Of a stretch of 64,000 bases of DNA, positions 9,829 to 19,990 are shown piece by piece. The DNA lies in the NCBI GenBank assembly GCA_024276995.1, contig JAJRWB010000041.1, forward strand, positions 91,015-155,014, given 5' to 3'. Numbering within the stretch: position 1 is the stretch's first letter; each line of letters begins with the position of its first letter. The notes beneath the pieces are model-generated. The model saw only the letters and a program-made list of their open reading frames with translations. It did no database searches and was not told the DNA's origin. A program made the translations under genes and the position numbers. The DNA is from Candidatus Eiseniibacteriota bacterium (lineage in GTDB: Bacteria > Orphanbacterota > Orphanbacteria > Orphanbacterales > Orphanbacteraceae).

Positions 9829-10320
9829 ATGAGAATCCGCGTCTTCGTGCTGTTCGCGATCCTGCTCCTGTCCTGCAACGTGGAGAGGAGGGCCGACATG
9901 CCCGCCAAGCAGCTTTTCCCCCACCAGGAAGGCGCCGCCGACTGTCTGAAGCGGATCGACGCCGATCCGCTTCTTGGCGAGGGTGCCCGCCGCCTTCTCG
10001 AAATCGCCGCCGGCAAGGCTCCTTTCCGGGTGAAGCTTCGCGATCTCCAGGCCGCCAGGGCGGAGATCGTGGCGCGGTACCGCGCCCTTCCGGAGGGGAA
10101 ACAGGATTTTCGCGATGAAAACGATTTCGTCTGTGTGGCGGACGATTTGCTGGAGGGAATCTTCGCCGCCGAGATCGACCGCCTGAAGAGTCTCGGAAAG
10201 ATCGATCGAGTCGATGCCGGGTTCGAAGAGCTGAAGGAACTTCTCGGTGCGATCGAACTCGATCCTTCCTGGAACGACTATGCCCGGGCGCGACTCCTCG
10301 GCCGGATGGATACCGACTGA
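9829..10320 (+). CDS. hypothetical lipoprotein (lipobox LLLSC)
   Basis: MRIRVFVLFAILLLSCNVERR is a signal peptide with lipobox; GGGGA RBS; 163 aa with no recognisable catalytic motifs. Confidence 0.6.
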   Translation: MRIRVFVLFAILLLSCNVERRADMPAKQLFPHQEGAADCLKRIDADPLLGEGARRLLEIAAGKAPFRVKLRDLQAARAEIVARYRALPEGKQDFRDENDFVCVADDLLEGIFAAEIDRLKSLGKIDRVDAGFEELKELLGAIELDPSWNDYARARLLGRMDTD

Positions 10321-10425
10321 AACGCCCGTCTTCTCTCTATTTCCTTTTCGCGCAACATCGAAGCGATTCCTGCGATAAGTCGGCATCGAACCAACAACCC
10401 ATTTCTTCCACGCCGGGAGGATCGG

Positions 10426-12015
10426 ATGAAAGTCAAGGGAACGAAAGCGGGGCAAGTGGAGCCGCCCCCCGCGGCGCCGCCCAAGAAGGAGATCACCGTC
10501 GGGATTCAAAAGAGTCTCAATTTCCTCACCGACGGGAAAAAGTTGAACGAGGACGGGATCTACGGGCCGAAAACGACGGCCGCCGTTAAGAGCTTCCAGA
10601 AAGCGAACGGGATGAACGCGGACGGCATCGCCGGGCCGAAGACGACGGCTGCGCTCGAGAAGGCCTGTGCGAAACAGAAGATCGCCGTCATGAAAGAGGA
10701 GGGAAACGTCCATTCCGCGAAAGCCACGAAGGCGGAGATGAACGGCCGGATGGCGGAGCTGAAGATGAAGGAAAACACCGCCAAGTCGATGATGAGGGAT
10801 CCCGCCACGGTCACGAAGCCGCCGACGAGACGCCAGCGGATCGATCTTCTCACGGCGCGTGCGCGGAAGGCGGGGCTGAGCCTGAAGGAAGCCGCCGAAC
10901 TCGCGGGGAACCTCGCGAAAACGCCGTCGGGCCGGTTCGACCGGGAAGCGAAGCTCGTCGGCGATCTCCTGAACACGAAGAACCCGGACCGGGCTCTTAG
11001 AACCTATAACGGCCTGGCGGGACGGCGGGCGGCACACCCGGGCCGAATCACCCCGGAGGTCACGAGAGATCTGACCATGGCGGTCGGCCGGGCGAGGACG
11101 AACTCGAGCCAGGGGCGCGAGGGAATCATGGGGGAGACGCAGGCGCTCCGGGCGGCCGACACGCTGGCGGGCATGCCGCCGAACGAGTATGCGCGGATCC
11201 GCCACGTCCTCGACCAAGCGGGGCGCGGAGGGGGCCGCGGAAGCGACGCTCAGACCGAGCGGGGCCTTATCTTGAAGGCCCTCGCCGCAAGACAAAAGGC
11301 GTATGACCATCCGGGGATCCTCGACAGGCTTCGGATGATGGCGGACCTCCCTCATTCGGCGACGTCGCAGATCGAGAACTTCGCCGCCCGTATCCGGGGG
11401 CAGAACCGGACTCGGCTGATCAACCGGTCGACGGTGATGGACATCGACGGCGATGCACAGGCCGAGGGGCTGCAGCAACGCTTCAACGATTCATGTGCGC
11501 CCACGACGGCGCAAATCGCCAGGGCGGAGGTCGATCCGATCTACGCGGACCACCTCCACAACCAGGCGATCCACAGCACCGCGACGAACTCGACCGCCGG
11601 GGCGGAGCAGCGCGGCATATTGACGAGACACGGGGGCATCGCGGTGGCCCGCGGACAGGCTGGGGGGCGCGGCGTATGGGGGCAGGACGCGATGAACGAC
11701 GCCGTCAGCCCGTACACGAACCGCACCTACTCGCGGAGTGCCGTGGCGAACACGAAGGCGGCGAGGACCCAGGCGCTCAACCGGATGGAGCGGCTGCTCC
11801 GCTCCGGTGTCGATGTGCCGATCGAGGTCGCCTGGAACGGCGGCGGCGCCCATGCATTGCTGGTCACCGACGTTCGGGGAAGCGGCAGCAATCAGCGTTT
11901 CCTCGTGTCCGATCCGTGGACCGGGCAGACGAAATGGGTCACCCGGAAGGCGATCGTGAACGGAAACACCAATTTCATGGCGGGCACCGGTCGGCTCCGC
12001 ACGACGATTCAGTAG
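10426..12015 (+). CDS. peptidoglycan-binding (PG_binding_1 x2) protein with C-terminal C39-like papain-fold cysteine peptidase domain; no signal peptide
   Basis: GGGAGGA RBS 6 nt upstream. Two PGBD repeats (DGIYGPKTTAAVKSFQKANGMNADGIAGPKTTAALEKA). R/A/T-rich linker. C-terminal NDSCAPTTAQIA (Cys motif) ... GGGAHALLVTDV ... RFLVSDPWTG (His and DP motifs) match Peptidase_C39-like architecture. Confidence 0.65.
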   Translation: MKVKGTKAGQVEPPPAAPPKKEITVGIQKSLNFLTDGKKLNEDGIYGPKTTAAVKSFQKANGMNADGIAGPKTTAALEKACAKQKIAVMKEEGNVHSAKATKAEMNGRMAELKMKENTAKSMMRDPATVTKPPTRRQRIDLLTARARKAGLSLKEAAELAGNLAKTPSGRFDREAKLVGDLLNTKNPDRALRTYNGLAGRRAAHPGRITPEVTRDLTMAVGRARTNSSQGREGIMGETQALRAADTLAGMPPNEYARIRHVLDQAGRGGGRGSDAQTERGLILKALAARQKAYDHPGILDRLRMMADLPHSATSQIENFAARIRGQNRTRLINRSTVMDIDGDAQAEGLQQRFNDSCAPTTAQIARAEVDPIYADHLHNQAIHSTATNSTAGAEQRGILTRHGGIAVARGQAGGRGVWGQDAMNDAVSPYTNRTYSRSAVANTKAARTQALNRMERLLRSGVDVPIEVAWNGGGAHALLVTDVRGSGSNQRFLVSDPWTGQTKWVTRKAIVNGNTNFMAGTGRLRTTIQ

Positions 12016-12027
12016 GAGGGACGATCG

Positions 12028-12438
12028 ATGAATACGTTCAAGGCGGATATCCGCCCTTCCGAGTATCTTGCCGGCGGGCTGGTCGATGACGAGGGGAAGC
12101 TCCTCGAAGGGATCAACGGGGAACACTCCCTCGCCATGGCGTACCGGTTGCGGGACGACGGGTACAAGCCGGCCGAGTTCGAAACGTTTCGCAAGCGGCT
12201 GGCCGCATCCGTGGAGGCGTTCCTTCCTGCCGCGGGGGAAGGGGGATCGCCCTTCGACAAGAAGGCGCGCGCGGCGTTGCTCGAAGCAGCGGCCGGCTTT
12301 CGGGATGAATGTTCAATTATGAATGAATTGATCCTCGCGGCGGAAGGGCATATTGTCGACTGGCGGAGCTTCGCCCGTTTCATGGAGCACTTGGAGAGGA
12401 TCAACGCCCAACTGGCGCTGGTCTGCCTGGTGGAATAG
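12028..12438 (+). CDS. small hypothetical cytoplasmic protein (136 aa) immediately downstream of the PGBD-peptidase gene
   Basis: GGAGGGA RBS; start 13 nt after the upstream stop; no signal peptide or TM segment; possible cognate partner (immunity or chaperone). Confidence 0.5.
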   Translation: MNTFKADIRPSEYLAGGLVDDEGKLLEGINGEHSLAMAYRLRDDGYKPAEFETFRKRLAASVEAFLPAAGEGGSPFDKKARAALLEAAAGFRDECSIMNELILAAEGHIVDWRSFARFMEHLERINAQLALVCLVE

Positions 12439-12465
12439 GAAGAAAGGCTGTTTGCCGGCGGGAAT

Positions 12466-13602
12466 TCACTCCGCAGCGGGCAGCGTTACGGTGAACGTCG
12501 TTCCTTCTCCCGCGACCGACCGGAATTCGACGCGGCCGTCGAGGTAGCGCTCGGTGAGGAGTTTCACGCTCCACGTGCCGATTCCCCTGCCGGGCGTTCC
12601 CTTCGTGCTGAAGGAACGCTTGAATACTTGGAGGCGGACGTTTTCCGGCATGACGGTTCGGTTGTGGACGGAGAACGACGGTTCGTTCCCGTTCCGGAAG
12701 GAGACGGTCACCGCGTCGCCCCGGTCGCTCGCTTCGAGAGCGTTTTTCACCAGGTTGCCCAGGATCCGACCGAGGAGAACGGGATCGGTCCGCACCTTCC
12801 CTTCCGGTTTTCCTTCCAGGCGGATCGACTTTCCGCTCGCCACATCATGATGGGCGTAGGCGGCGATCGCATCGCGGATCAGCGCTGCGGCGTCGCATTC
12901 GCGGAGCCGCACCTCCAGTTCTCCCCGTTCTGCGGCAGCGAGATCTTTCTGCGCCTGGATCTCCTCGACGAGTTGGGCCGAAAGCCGGCGGGCGTCGTCG
13001 ATCAGCTCGGCGTCATCGCCGTTTCCTTCCCCTTCGACAAGTTCGAGAAGCCCCCGGAGTCCCCCGGCGGAGTTGATGATATCGTGGAAGAAGAGCCGCT
13101 CGAGAACGGCGCGGCGTTTCTCGTCCGACGTGTCCCGTATGGCGAAGACGGTGAACCGCCGCCCGCCCACATGGATCGACCGCGTCCACACCTTCAGATC
13201 GAGGGCGGTCGAGCCGTCCTCTCCCGTGGCGATGCGACATTCCTGCACCTGCGTATCACGTGCTTCGACGCACGTGGCGATCGCCCGGCCCGCGCCGCAG
13301 TAGCGGCATGAGTGGGACGTTCCGCACCCCGCCTCCTCTTCCCACGCGTGAATGCATCCGACCAGCTCTCCCGGCCGTCCACCGATCATCTCCGGAGCGC
13401 TCTTCCCGAGAAGCGTCTCCATCTTGTCGTTCGCCATCACCACCTGGCGGTTGTCGTTCAAGATCACCGCCGGCTCCGGGAACCCGTGGAGAAGAGCGAC
13501 GATCTCTTCGTTTGACCGGATCCTCTCGTAGTCGGCGATCACCGCCGCCTCGTCCGCTCTTTCGGGCGGTGCGAAATGGGTTTTCAGTTTCGTCGTATCC
13601 AT
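12466..13602 (-). CDS. sensor histidine kinase (PAS-like Cys-rich sensor + HisKA + HATPase_c), no adjacent response regulator
   Basis: H-box FFHDIINSAGGL; ATPase motifs GNLVKNALEAS, GRGIGTWSV; Cys cluster CIHAWEEEAGCGTSHSCRYC; start set at the ATG (MDTTKL) with a GGAGGA SD, not the upstream GTG. Confidence 0.75.
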   Translation of the reverse strand: MDTTKLKTHFAPPERADEAAVIADYERIRSNEEIVALLHGFPEPAVILNDNRQVVMANDKMETLLGKSAPEMIGGRPGELVGCIHAWEEEAGCGTSHSCRYCGAGRAIATCVEARDTQVQECRIATGEDGSTALDLKVWTRSIHVGGRRFTVFAIRDTSDEKRRAVLERLFFHDIINSAGGLRGLLELVEGEGNGDDAELIDDARRLSAQLVEEIQAQKDLAAAERGELEVRLRECDAAALIRDAIAAYAHHDVASGKSIRLEGKPEGKVRTDPVLLGRILGNLVKNALEASDRGDAVTVSFRNGNEPSFSVHNRTVMPENVRLQVFKRSFSTKGTPGRGIGTWSVKLLTERYLDGRVEFRSVAGEGTTFTVTLPAAE

Positions 13603-13741
13603 ACCGGGGTCCTCCACGTTGAGACACGTGCCGCTTCTCCTTTTTTATCGTCGTGTCGCACGGGGACGCAAAGGAGGGGGGAGATTCCTGTCGGCAGGGG
13701 GGGGCTTTCACGGGAACCGGTGGGACAGGATCGCGTGATTC

Positions 13742-14553
13742 TTACCAGTACTTCTCGACGTGAAGGTTTCCCTGCTCCTTTTTCGTGTGCAGGGTGAAGC
13801 CTTTTCCCTCGAGGAGGACCTGCATCTGGTCGACCATCGCGGGGTTGCCGCAGAGGAAGACGCTCAGCCGGGCCGGGTCGAGCCCGAAGCCGGCTCGCTC
13901 TTCGAGAAGGCCGTCTTCGAGCACCGTGTGGACCCGTCCGGCGTGGCCCTTCCAACTCGTGTCCTTCTCGACGCGCGTCACGGTGGGGATGTACGTCAGG
14001 TTCGAACAGCACCGGTCGAGGGCTTCGAATTCCGACCGGTAGCCGAGATCCCACGAGTAACGTGCCCCGTGGATCACGACGAAGTGCCGTCCCGTATCAC
14101 AGTGCAACGCGGTGCGAACCATGGCGACGAACGGCGCGAGACCGGTGCCGGTGGAGATCATGAGGAGATCGTTTTCAGGGATCACGTCGTCGAGGGTGAA
14201 GTGGCCTGTCGCCTTATGGCCGAGCCAGAGGCGATCCCCCTCGGCAAGCTGGAAGAGCCGCGGCGTGAGCTTTCCCGACTGGACGAGGGAGATGTAAAAC
14301 TCGATATACTCTCCCTGGCGGCTCGATGAGCTGATCGAGTACGCCCGGCGGATGAGCTTGTCGGGCGGCGGCGGCTTGTCTTCCCGGTCGCTGAACTCCA
14401 CCCGCTCCGCCGAGCCGGGGAGACCGAGCACGGTGTACTGTCCCGGCTCGAACGAGAAGAGGGGGCCGTCGGGCACCACTCGGATGATCATGAGCGAATG
14501 GTGCATATCGAAACGCTTCACCAACGTAGCGTTCATCGGAACGTCGCGCGCCA

Positions 14554-14557
<4 letters not shown>
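13742..14557 (-). CDS. ferredoxin-NADP+ reductase (FNR/Fpr family)
   Basis: RAYSISS FAD-binding motif, GTGLAPF NADP motif; start at MARDV, directly after the glnS stop (14554). Confidence 0.75.
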
Positions 14558-16269
<1,712 letters not shown>

Positions 16270-16605
16270 CGGTCGGAAGCCTCCATGTACGGGCGCACTG
16301 CGCCACGGAAAGGATTACGGAAGGATAACGGTAGAACCGCGGCGTGTCCACCACGCGGTCGATTCGGGCGCTCCGCTGCCCGGCCGTCCCAGCCGTCCCG
16401 TGTAAGATCCCGCCGATCGGCGACACTCACCGATGGGCCGGTGAAGCGGACACCGCAGCCGGCTCGATCGAAGGATCCGGTCGTTTGACAGGGTCGGGTG
16501 GTTCGGAGGTGCTTAAACTTGGGGGAGCTTGCCCTCTCGGACCCCCGGCCCGACCACCTTTTCGCCTGAAACACTTCTTTGTCGTGCATGCCGTGCCGAT
16601 ACCGC

Positions 16606-16632
16606 TTGCTAGTGGTCACCAACGGCTATAGT
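16606..16632 (+). promoter_or_regulatory. candidate promoter (-35 TTGCTA / -10 TATAGT, 15-nt spacer) with embedded 4-1-4 inverted repeat TGGTCACCA; would give a near-leaderless transcript for the DtxR-FeoA gene
   Basis: TTGCTA 16606-11, IR TGGTCACCA 16613-21 inside the spacer, TATAGT 16627-32, ATG at 16642 nine nt downstream; none of the candidate ATGs has an SD, consistent with leaderless initiation. Confidence 0.3.
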
Positions 16633-16641
16633 TTCTTCAAT

Positions 16642-17670
16642 ATGATAGACCCACGCGTTTCGCTCGGCGCGATCGCCCTCTTCGCCGCGCTCGCAGCAGT
16701 TCTCTTCCGCCCGCGGAAAGGGCTCTTCCGGCGCTGGCGGCAGCAGTCGAAGATGACCCTTCGCGTACGGATCGAGGACGCGCTGAAGCATTTCCACGAA
16801 GCCGAATACCAGGGGCGTCCGCCCACCGTGCAGAGCCTCGCCGGCACGCTCGGGATGAATGACGGCGAGGCGGCGGCGCTCATCGCGCGCGTCGAGGCGC
16901 TCGGCCTGGTCGAACGGAAAGGGGGCGAACTGAGTCTCACCTCCGCCGGACGGGCCGACGCCCTCCGGGTGATCCGTCTCCACAGGCTGTACGAGCGCTA
17001 CCTCGCCGAGGAAACCGGTGTGGGCGAGCTTGAATGGCACGATCTCGCCGAGGAGAGGGAGCACCATCTCACCGCCGAGCAGGAGGCGCTTCTCACCGCC
17101 CGTCTCGGAAACCCGCTCTACGATCCCCACGGCGATCCGATCCCCACGAGCGAAGGGGACCTCCCTTCGCAGGAGGGAACGCCCCTCTCCGATCTTCCCG
17201 CCGGGAAGCCGGGACGGATCATCCACCTCGAGGACGAGCCGGCCGAGGTGTACGCCCAGCTCGTGGCGGAAGGGCTCTACCTCGGCATGGGGATCCGCAT
17301 TCTCGAAACGTCGCCCGAGCGGATCCTCTTCCTGGCGGACGGCGAGGAGCACCGCCTCGCCCCGGTGGTGGCGGCGAATATCTCGGTGGTCACCCTTCCC
17401 GAGGAGGAGATCGAACCGGGACCGGTGGAAACCCTCGCATCCCTCAGGCCGGGAGAGAAAGGGGAGGTGATCCGCATCGTGCGCGCGTGCCGCGGCAGGC
17501 AGCGGCGACGGCTGATGGATCTGGGCATCCTCCCCGGCACGGTGATCGAGGCGCGCATGAGAAGCGCGTCGGGCGATCCGACGGCGTACGGCGTGCGCGG
17601 CACCCTTGTCGCCCTTCGAAAAGAGCAGGCTGAAATGATCCACATCAGCCGTCCCGGCGAGGCGGCATGA
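16642..17670 (+). CDS. DtxR/MntR-family metalloregulator HTH fused to two FeoA (SH3-like) domains, with predicted N-terminal TM helix; translationally coupled to feoB
   Basis: DtxR N-terminus ([39 protein letters not shown]), metal-site region [12 protein letters not shown]; two FeoA-like repeats (PGRIIHLED...GMGIRIL and [12 protein letters not shown]...[10 protein letters not shown]). A hydrophobic stretch [16 protein letters not shown] followed by [15 protein letters not shown] precedes the HTH. Start uncertain (16579, 16642 or 16753). Stop overlaps the feoB ATG (ATGA). Confidence 0.65.
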   Translation: MIDPRVSLGAIALFAALAAVLFRPRKGLFRRWRQQSKMTLRVRIEDALKHFHEAEYQGRPPTVQSLAGTLGMNDGEAAALIARVEALGLVERKGGELSLTSAGRADALRVIRLHRLYERYLAEETGVGELEWHDLAEEREHHLTAEQEALLTARLGNPLYDPHGDPIPTSEGDLPSQEGTPLSDLPAGKPGRIIHLEDEPAEVYAQLVAEGLYLGMGIRILETSPERILFLADGEEHRLAPVVAANISVVTLPEEEIEPGPVETLASLRPGEKGEVIRIVRACRGRQRRRLMDLGILPGTVIEARMRSASGDPTAYGVRGTLVALRKEQAEMIHISRPGEAA

Positions 17671-19952
17671 CGGCGGGCGACGGAAGGCGAACGGCACCGG
17701 CCGCGCCGGCGAGAAGCGGCGCTGGGCGCGCCTGCGAAACGTGTCCCGTCCACAATAAGGCGAACCTGGTTCGTCTCGGCGTGGACATGGAAAAGTGGGA
17801 CTACGTCGTCGCCCTGGCGGGTAATCCGAACACGGGAAAGAGCACCGTGTTTAATCGGCTGACCGGTCTTCGCCAGCACACGGGCAACTGGCCGGGGAAA
17901 ACGGTCGGTCGCGCCGAGGGGGGCTACTCCACCGGCGGCGCCCGCTACAAGCTGATCGATCTTCCCGGCACGTACTCGCTCCTTTCCGAAAGCCGTGACG
18001 AGGAGATCGCCCGCGATTTCATCCTCTTCGGTCGTCCCGACGTCACCGTGGTGGTGGTGGACGCCACCTGTCTCGAGCGGAATCTCAATCTTGTTCTCCA
18101 GATCCTCGAGATCACCGACCGGTGCGTGCTGTGCGTCAACCTGATCGACGAGGCGCGCCGTCACCGGTTGACCCTCGACACGCGCGCCCTCTCCCGCGAT
18201 CTCGGAATCCCCGTGATTCCCACGGCGGCGCGTCACGGCGAGGGGATCGACGAACTGCTCGGGGCGATCGGCGACGTGGCGTCGGGAGAGTATCGATGCT
18301 CCCCCCGCCGTTCGCGAAGGGAGCCGGAGGAGCTGAAGAAATCGCTCGGCGCGCTTGCGAAGAGAATCGAGACCGTCTTTCCCGACGTCCCGAACGGCCG
18401 ATGGGTGGCGATGCGTCTTCTCGAAGGGGATGTGAGACTCGCCGGCGCAATCCGTTCGGGCGAACTCGGCCGGATCGTCGCGGTGGGGGGAGGCGATGGA
18501 AAGAGCGATGCACCCGACCCGTCCGACACCGCCGTGACGGAGGAACTTCTCACCCTCGCCGAATCGGTGCGATGGAAAGTGGGGACATCGTTCCACGACA
18601 CGCTGATGGAAACGCTCTACGCCGATGCCACACAGATCGCGCACCGGGCGGTCAGTCGCGAGGGCGAAAAGCCGATGTTCGATCTCGACAGGAAGATCGA
18701 CCAGGTGCTGACGAGCCGGCTGTGGGGATTCCCGATCATGTTCCTCATGCTCGCCGTCGTACTCTGGCTCACGGTGATCGGCGCGAACTATCCATCCGGT
18801 CTTCTCGCCGACCTGTTCCTTGGGAAAATCCATCCCCTTCTCAAGGGTGCCGCCTCGGCGATCGGCCTCCCTTGGTGGCTCGCCGGCGCGCTCATCGACG
18901 GTGTCTACCTCGCCGTGGCATGGGTGGTGAGCGTCATGCTTCCTCCCATGGCGATCTTCTTTCCCCTTTTCACCATCCTCGAAGACTTCGGCTACCTTCC
19001 GAGGGTGGCGTTCAACCTCGACGGCCTCTTCCGCCGCGCCAGCGCGCACGGGAAGCAGGCGCTCACCATGAGCATGGGTTTCGGATGCAACGCCGCGGGG
19101 GTGATCGCCGCGCGGGTGATCGACAGTCCCCGGGAGCGACTGATCGCCATTATCACGAACAACTTCTCCCTTTGCAACGGAAGATGGCCGACGCAGATCC
19201 TGGTGGCGGTGATCTTCATCGGCGCTCTGGCGCCGCCCCGCCTGGCGAGTCTCGTTTCCGCCGCCACCGTGGTCGGCGTCGCCGTGTTCGGCATCTTCAT
19301 GACGTTCGTCGTGTCGTGGGCGCTCTCCCGCACCGTGCTCCGCGGCGAGGCGTCGGCATTCAGCCTCGAGCTGCCGCCGTACCGGCCGCCCCAGATCGTA
19401 CAGACTCTTTATACATCGTTGATCGACAGGACGATCTACGTCCTCTGGCGGGCGATCGTCTTCGCAGCCCCCGCCGGACTCGCGATCTGGCTCGTATCGA
19501 ATGTAACCGTCGGGGGAATCACCGTGGCGGAACACCTGATCCGCTTCTTCGATCCCCTTGGCGCCGTGATCGGACTGAACGGCGTCATCCTTCTCGCCTA
19601 TGTCGTCGCCATCCCGGCGAATGAGATCGTCATCCCGACGGTGCTCATGCTCACCGTGCTCACGACGAAACTCTCCGGCGTCGGTTCGGGCGCCGGCGTG
19701 ATGTTCGAAATGAGCAGCATGGAAGACACGGGGGCGCTGCTCCGCGCCGGCGGCTGGACGCTTCTCACGGCGGTGAACCTCCTCCTCTTCAGCCTCCTCC
19801 ACAACCCGTGTTCCACGACGATCTACACGATCTACAGGGAAACGAAGAGTGCGAAATGGACATGGGTCTCCGTTCTCATCCCTCTCGCTCTCGGTTTCTT
19901 CGTCTGTTTCGTCGTCGCCCAGGCGTGGCTCCTGGCGACGGGCGGGGCGTGA
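17667..19952 (+). CDS. feoB: ferrous iron transporter FeoB (G-domain + membrane permease)
   Basis: GNPNTGKST (G1), DLPGTYSL (G3), NLID (G4) and a long polytopic C-terminal domain. First 40 codons (to MEKWDYVV at 17787) may be an N-terminal extension; ATG at 17667 overlaps the upstream stop. Confidence 0.85.
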   Translation: MTAGDGRRTAPAAPARSGAGRACETCPVHNKANLVRLGVDMEKWDYVVALAGNPNTGKSTVFNRLTGLRQHTGNWPGKTVGRAEGGYSTGGARYKLIDLPGTYSLLSESRDEEIARDFILFGRPDVTVVVVDATCLERNLNLVLQILEITDRCVLCVNLIDEARRHRLTLDTRALSRDLGIPVIPTAARHGEGIDELLGAIGDVASGEYRCSPRRSRREPEELKKSLGALAKRIETVFPDVPNGRWVAMRLLEGDVRLAGAIRSGELGRIVAVGGGDGKSDAPDPSDTAVTEELLTLAESVRWKVGTSFHDTLMETLYADATQIAHRAVSREGEKPMFDLDRKIDQVLTSRLWGFPIMFLMLAVVLWLTVIGANYPSGLLADLFLGKIHPLLKGAASAIGLPWWLAGALIDGVYLAVAWVVSVMLPPMAIFFPLFTILEDFGYLPRVAFNLDGLFRRASAHGKQALTMSMGFGCNAAGVIAARVIDSPRERLIAIITNNFSLCNGRWPTQILVAVIFIGALAPPRLASLVSAATVVGVAVFGIFMTFVVSWALSRTVLRGEASAFSLELPPYRPPQIVQTLYTSLIDRTIYVLWRAIVFAAPAGLAIWLVSNVTVGGITVAEHLIRFFDPLGAVIGLNGVILLAYVVAIPANEIVIPTVLMLTVLTTKLSGVGSGAGVMFEMSSMEDTGALLRAGGWTLLTAVNLLLFSLLHNPCSTTIYTIYRETKSAKWTWVSVLIPLALGFFVCFVVAQAWLLATGGA

Positions 19953-19990
19953 GGCGGAGCGATCTTGAATCGTTCCGGCCCCGGGCCGGG

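Noticed and set aside
9430-11478. 682-aa minus-strand ORF
   Set aside because: Antisense to the PGBD-peptidase gene, which has an RBS and clear domain motifs; its own translation is R/P-rich with no motifs.
16270-16600. Search for a canonical 19-bp DtxR/IdeR box (TWAGGTTAGSCTAACCTWA) or Fur box upstream of the DtxR-FeoA/feoB operon
   Set aside because: No convincing match by eye; only the short TGGTCACCA inverted repeat was found (reported as a low-confidence regulatory feature).
17277-19802. 841-aa minus-strand ORF
   Set aside because: Lies antisense to the well-supported feoB gene; extremely R/G/D/E-rich low-complexity translation typical of GC-rich antisense frames; no domain-like motifs.
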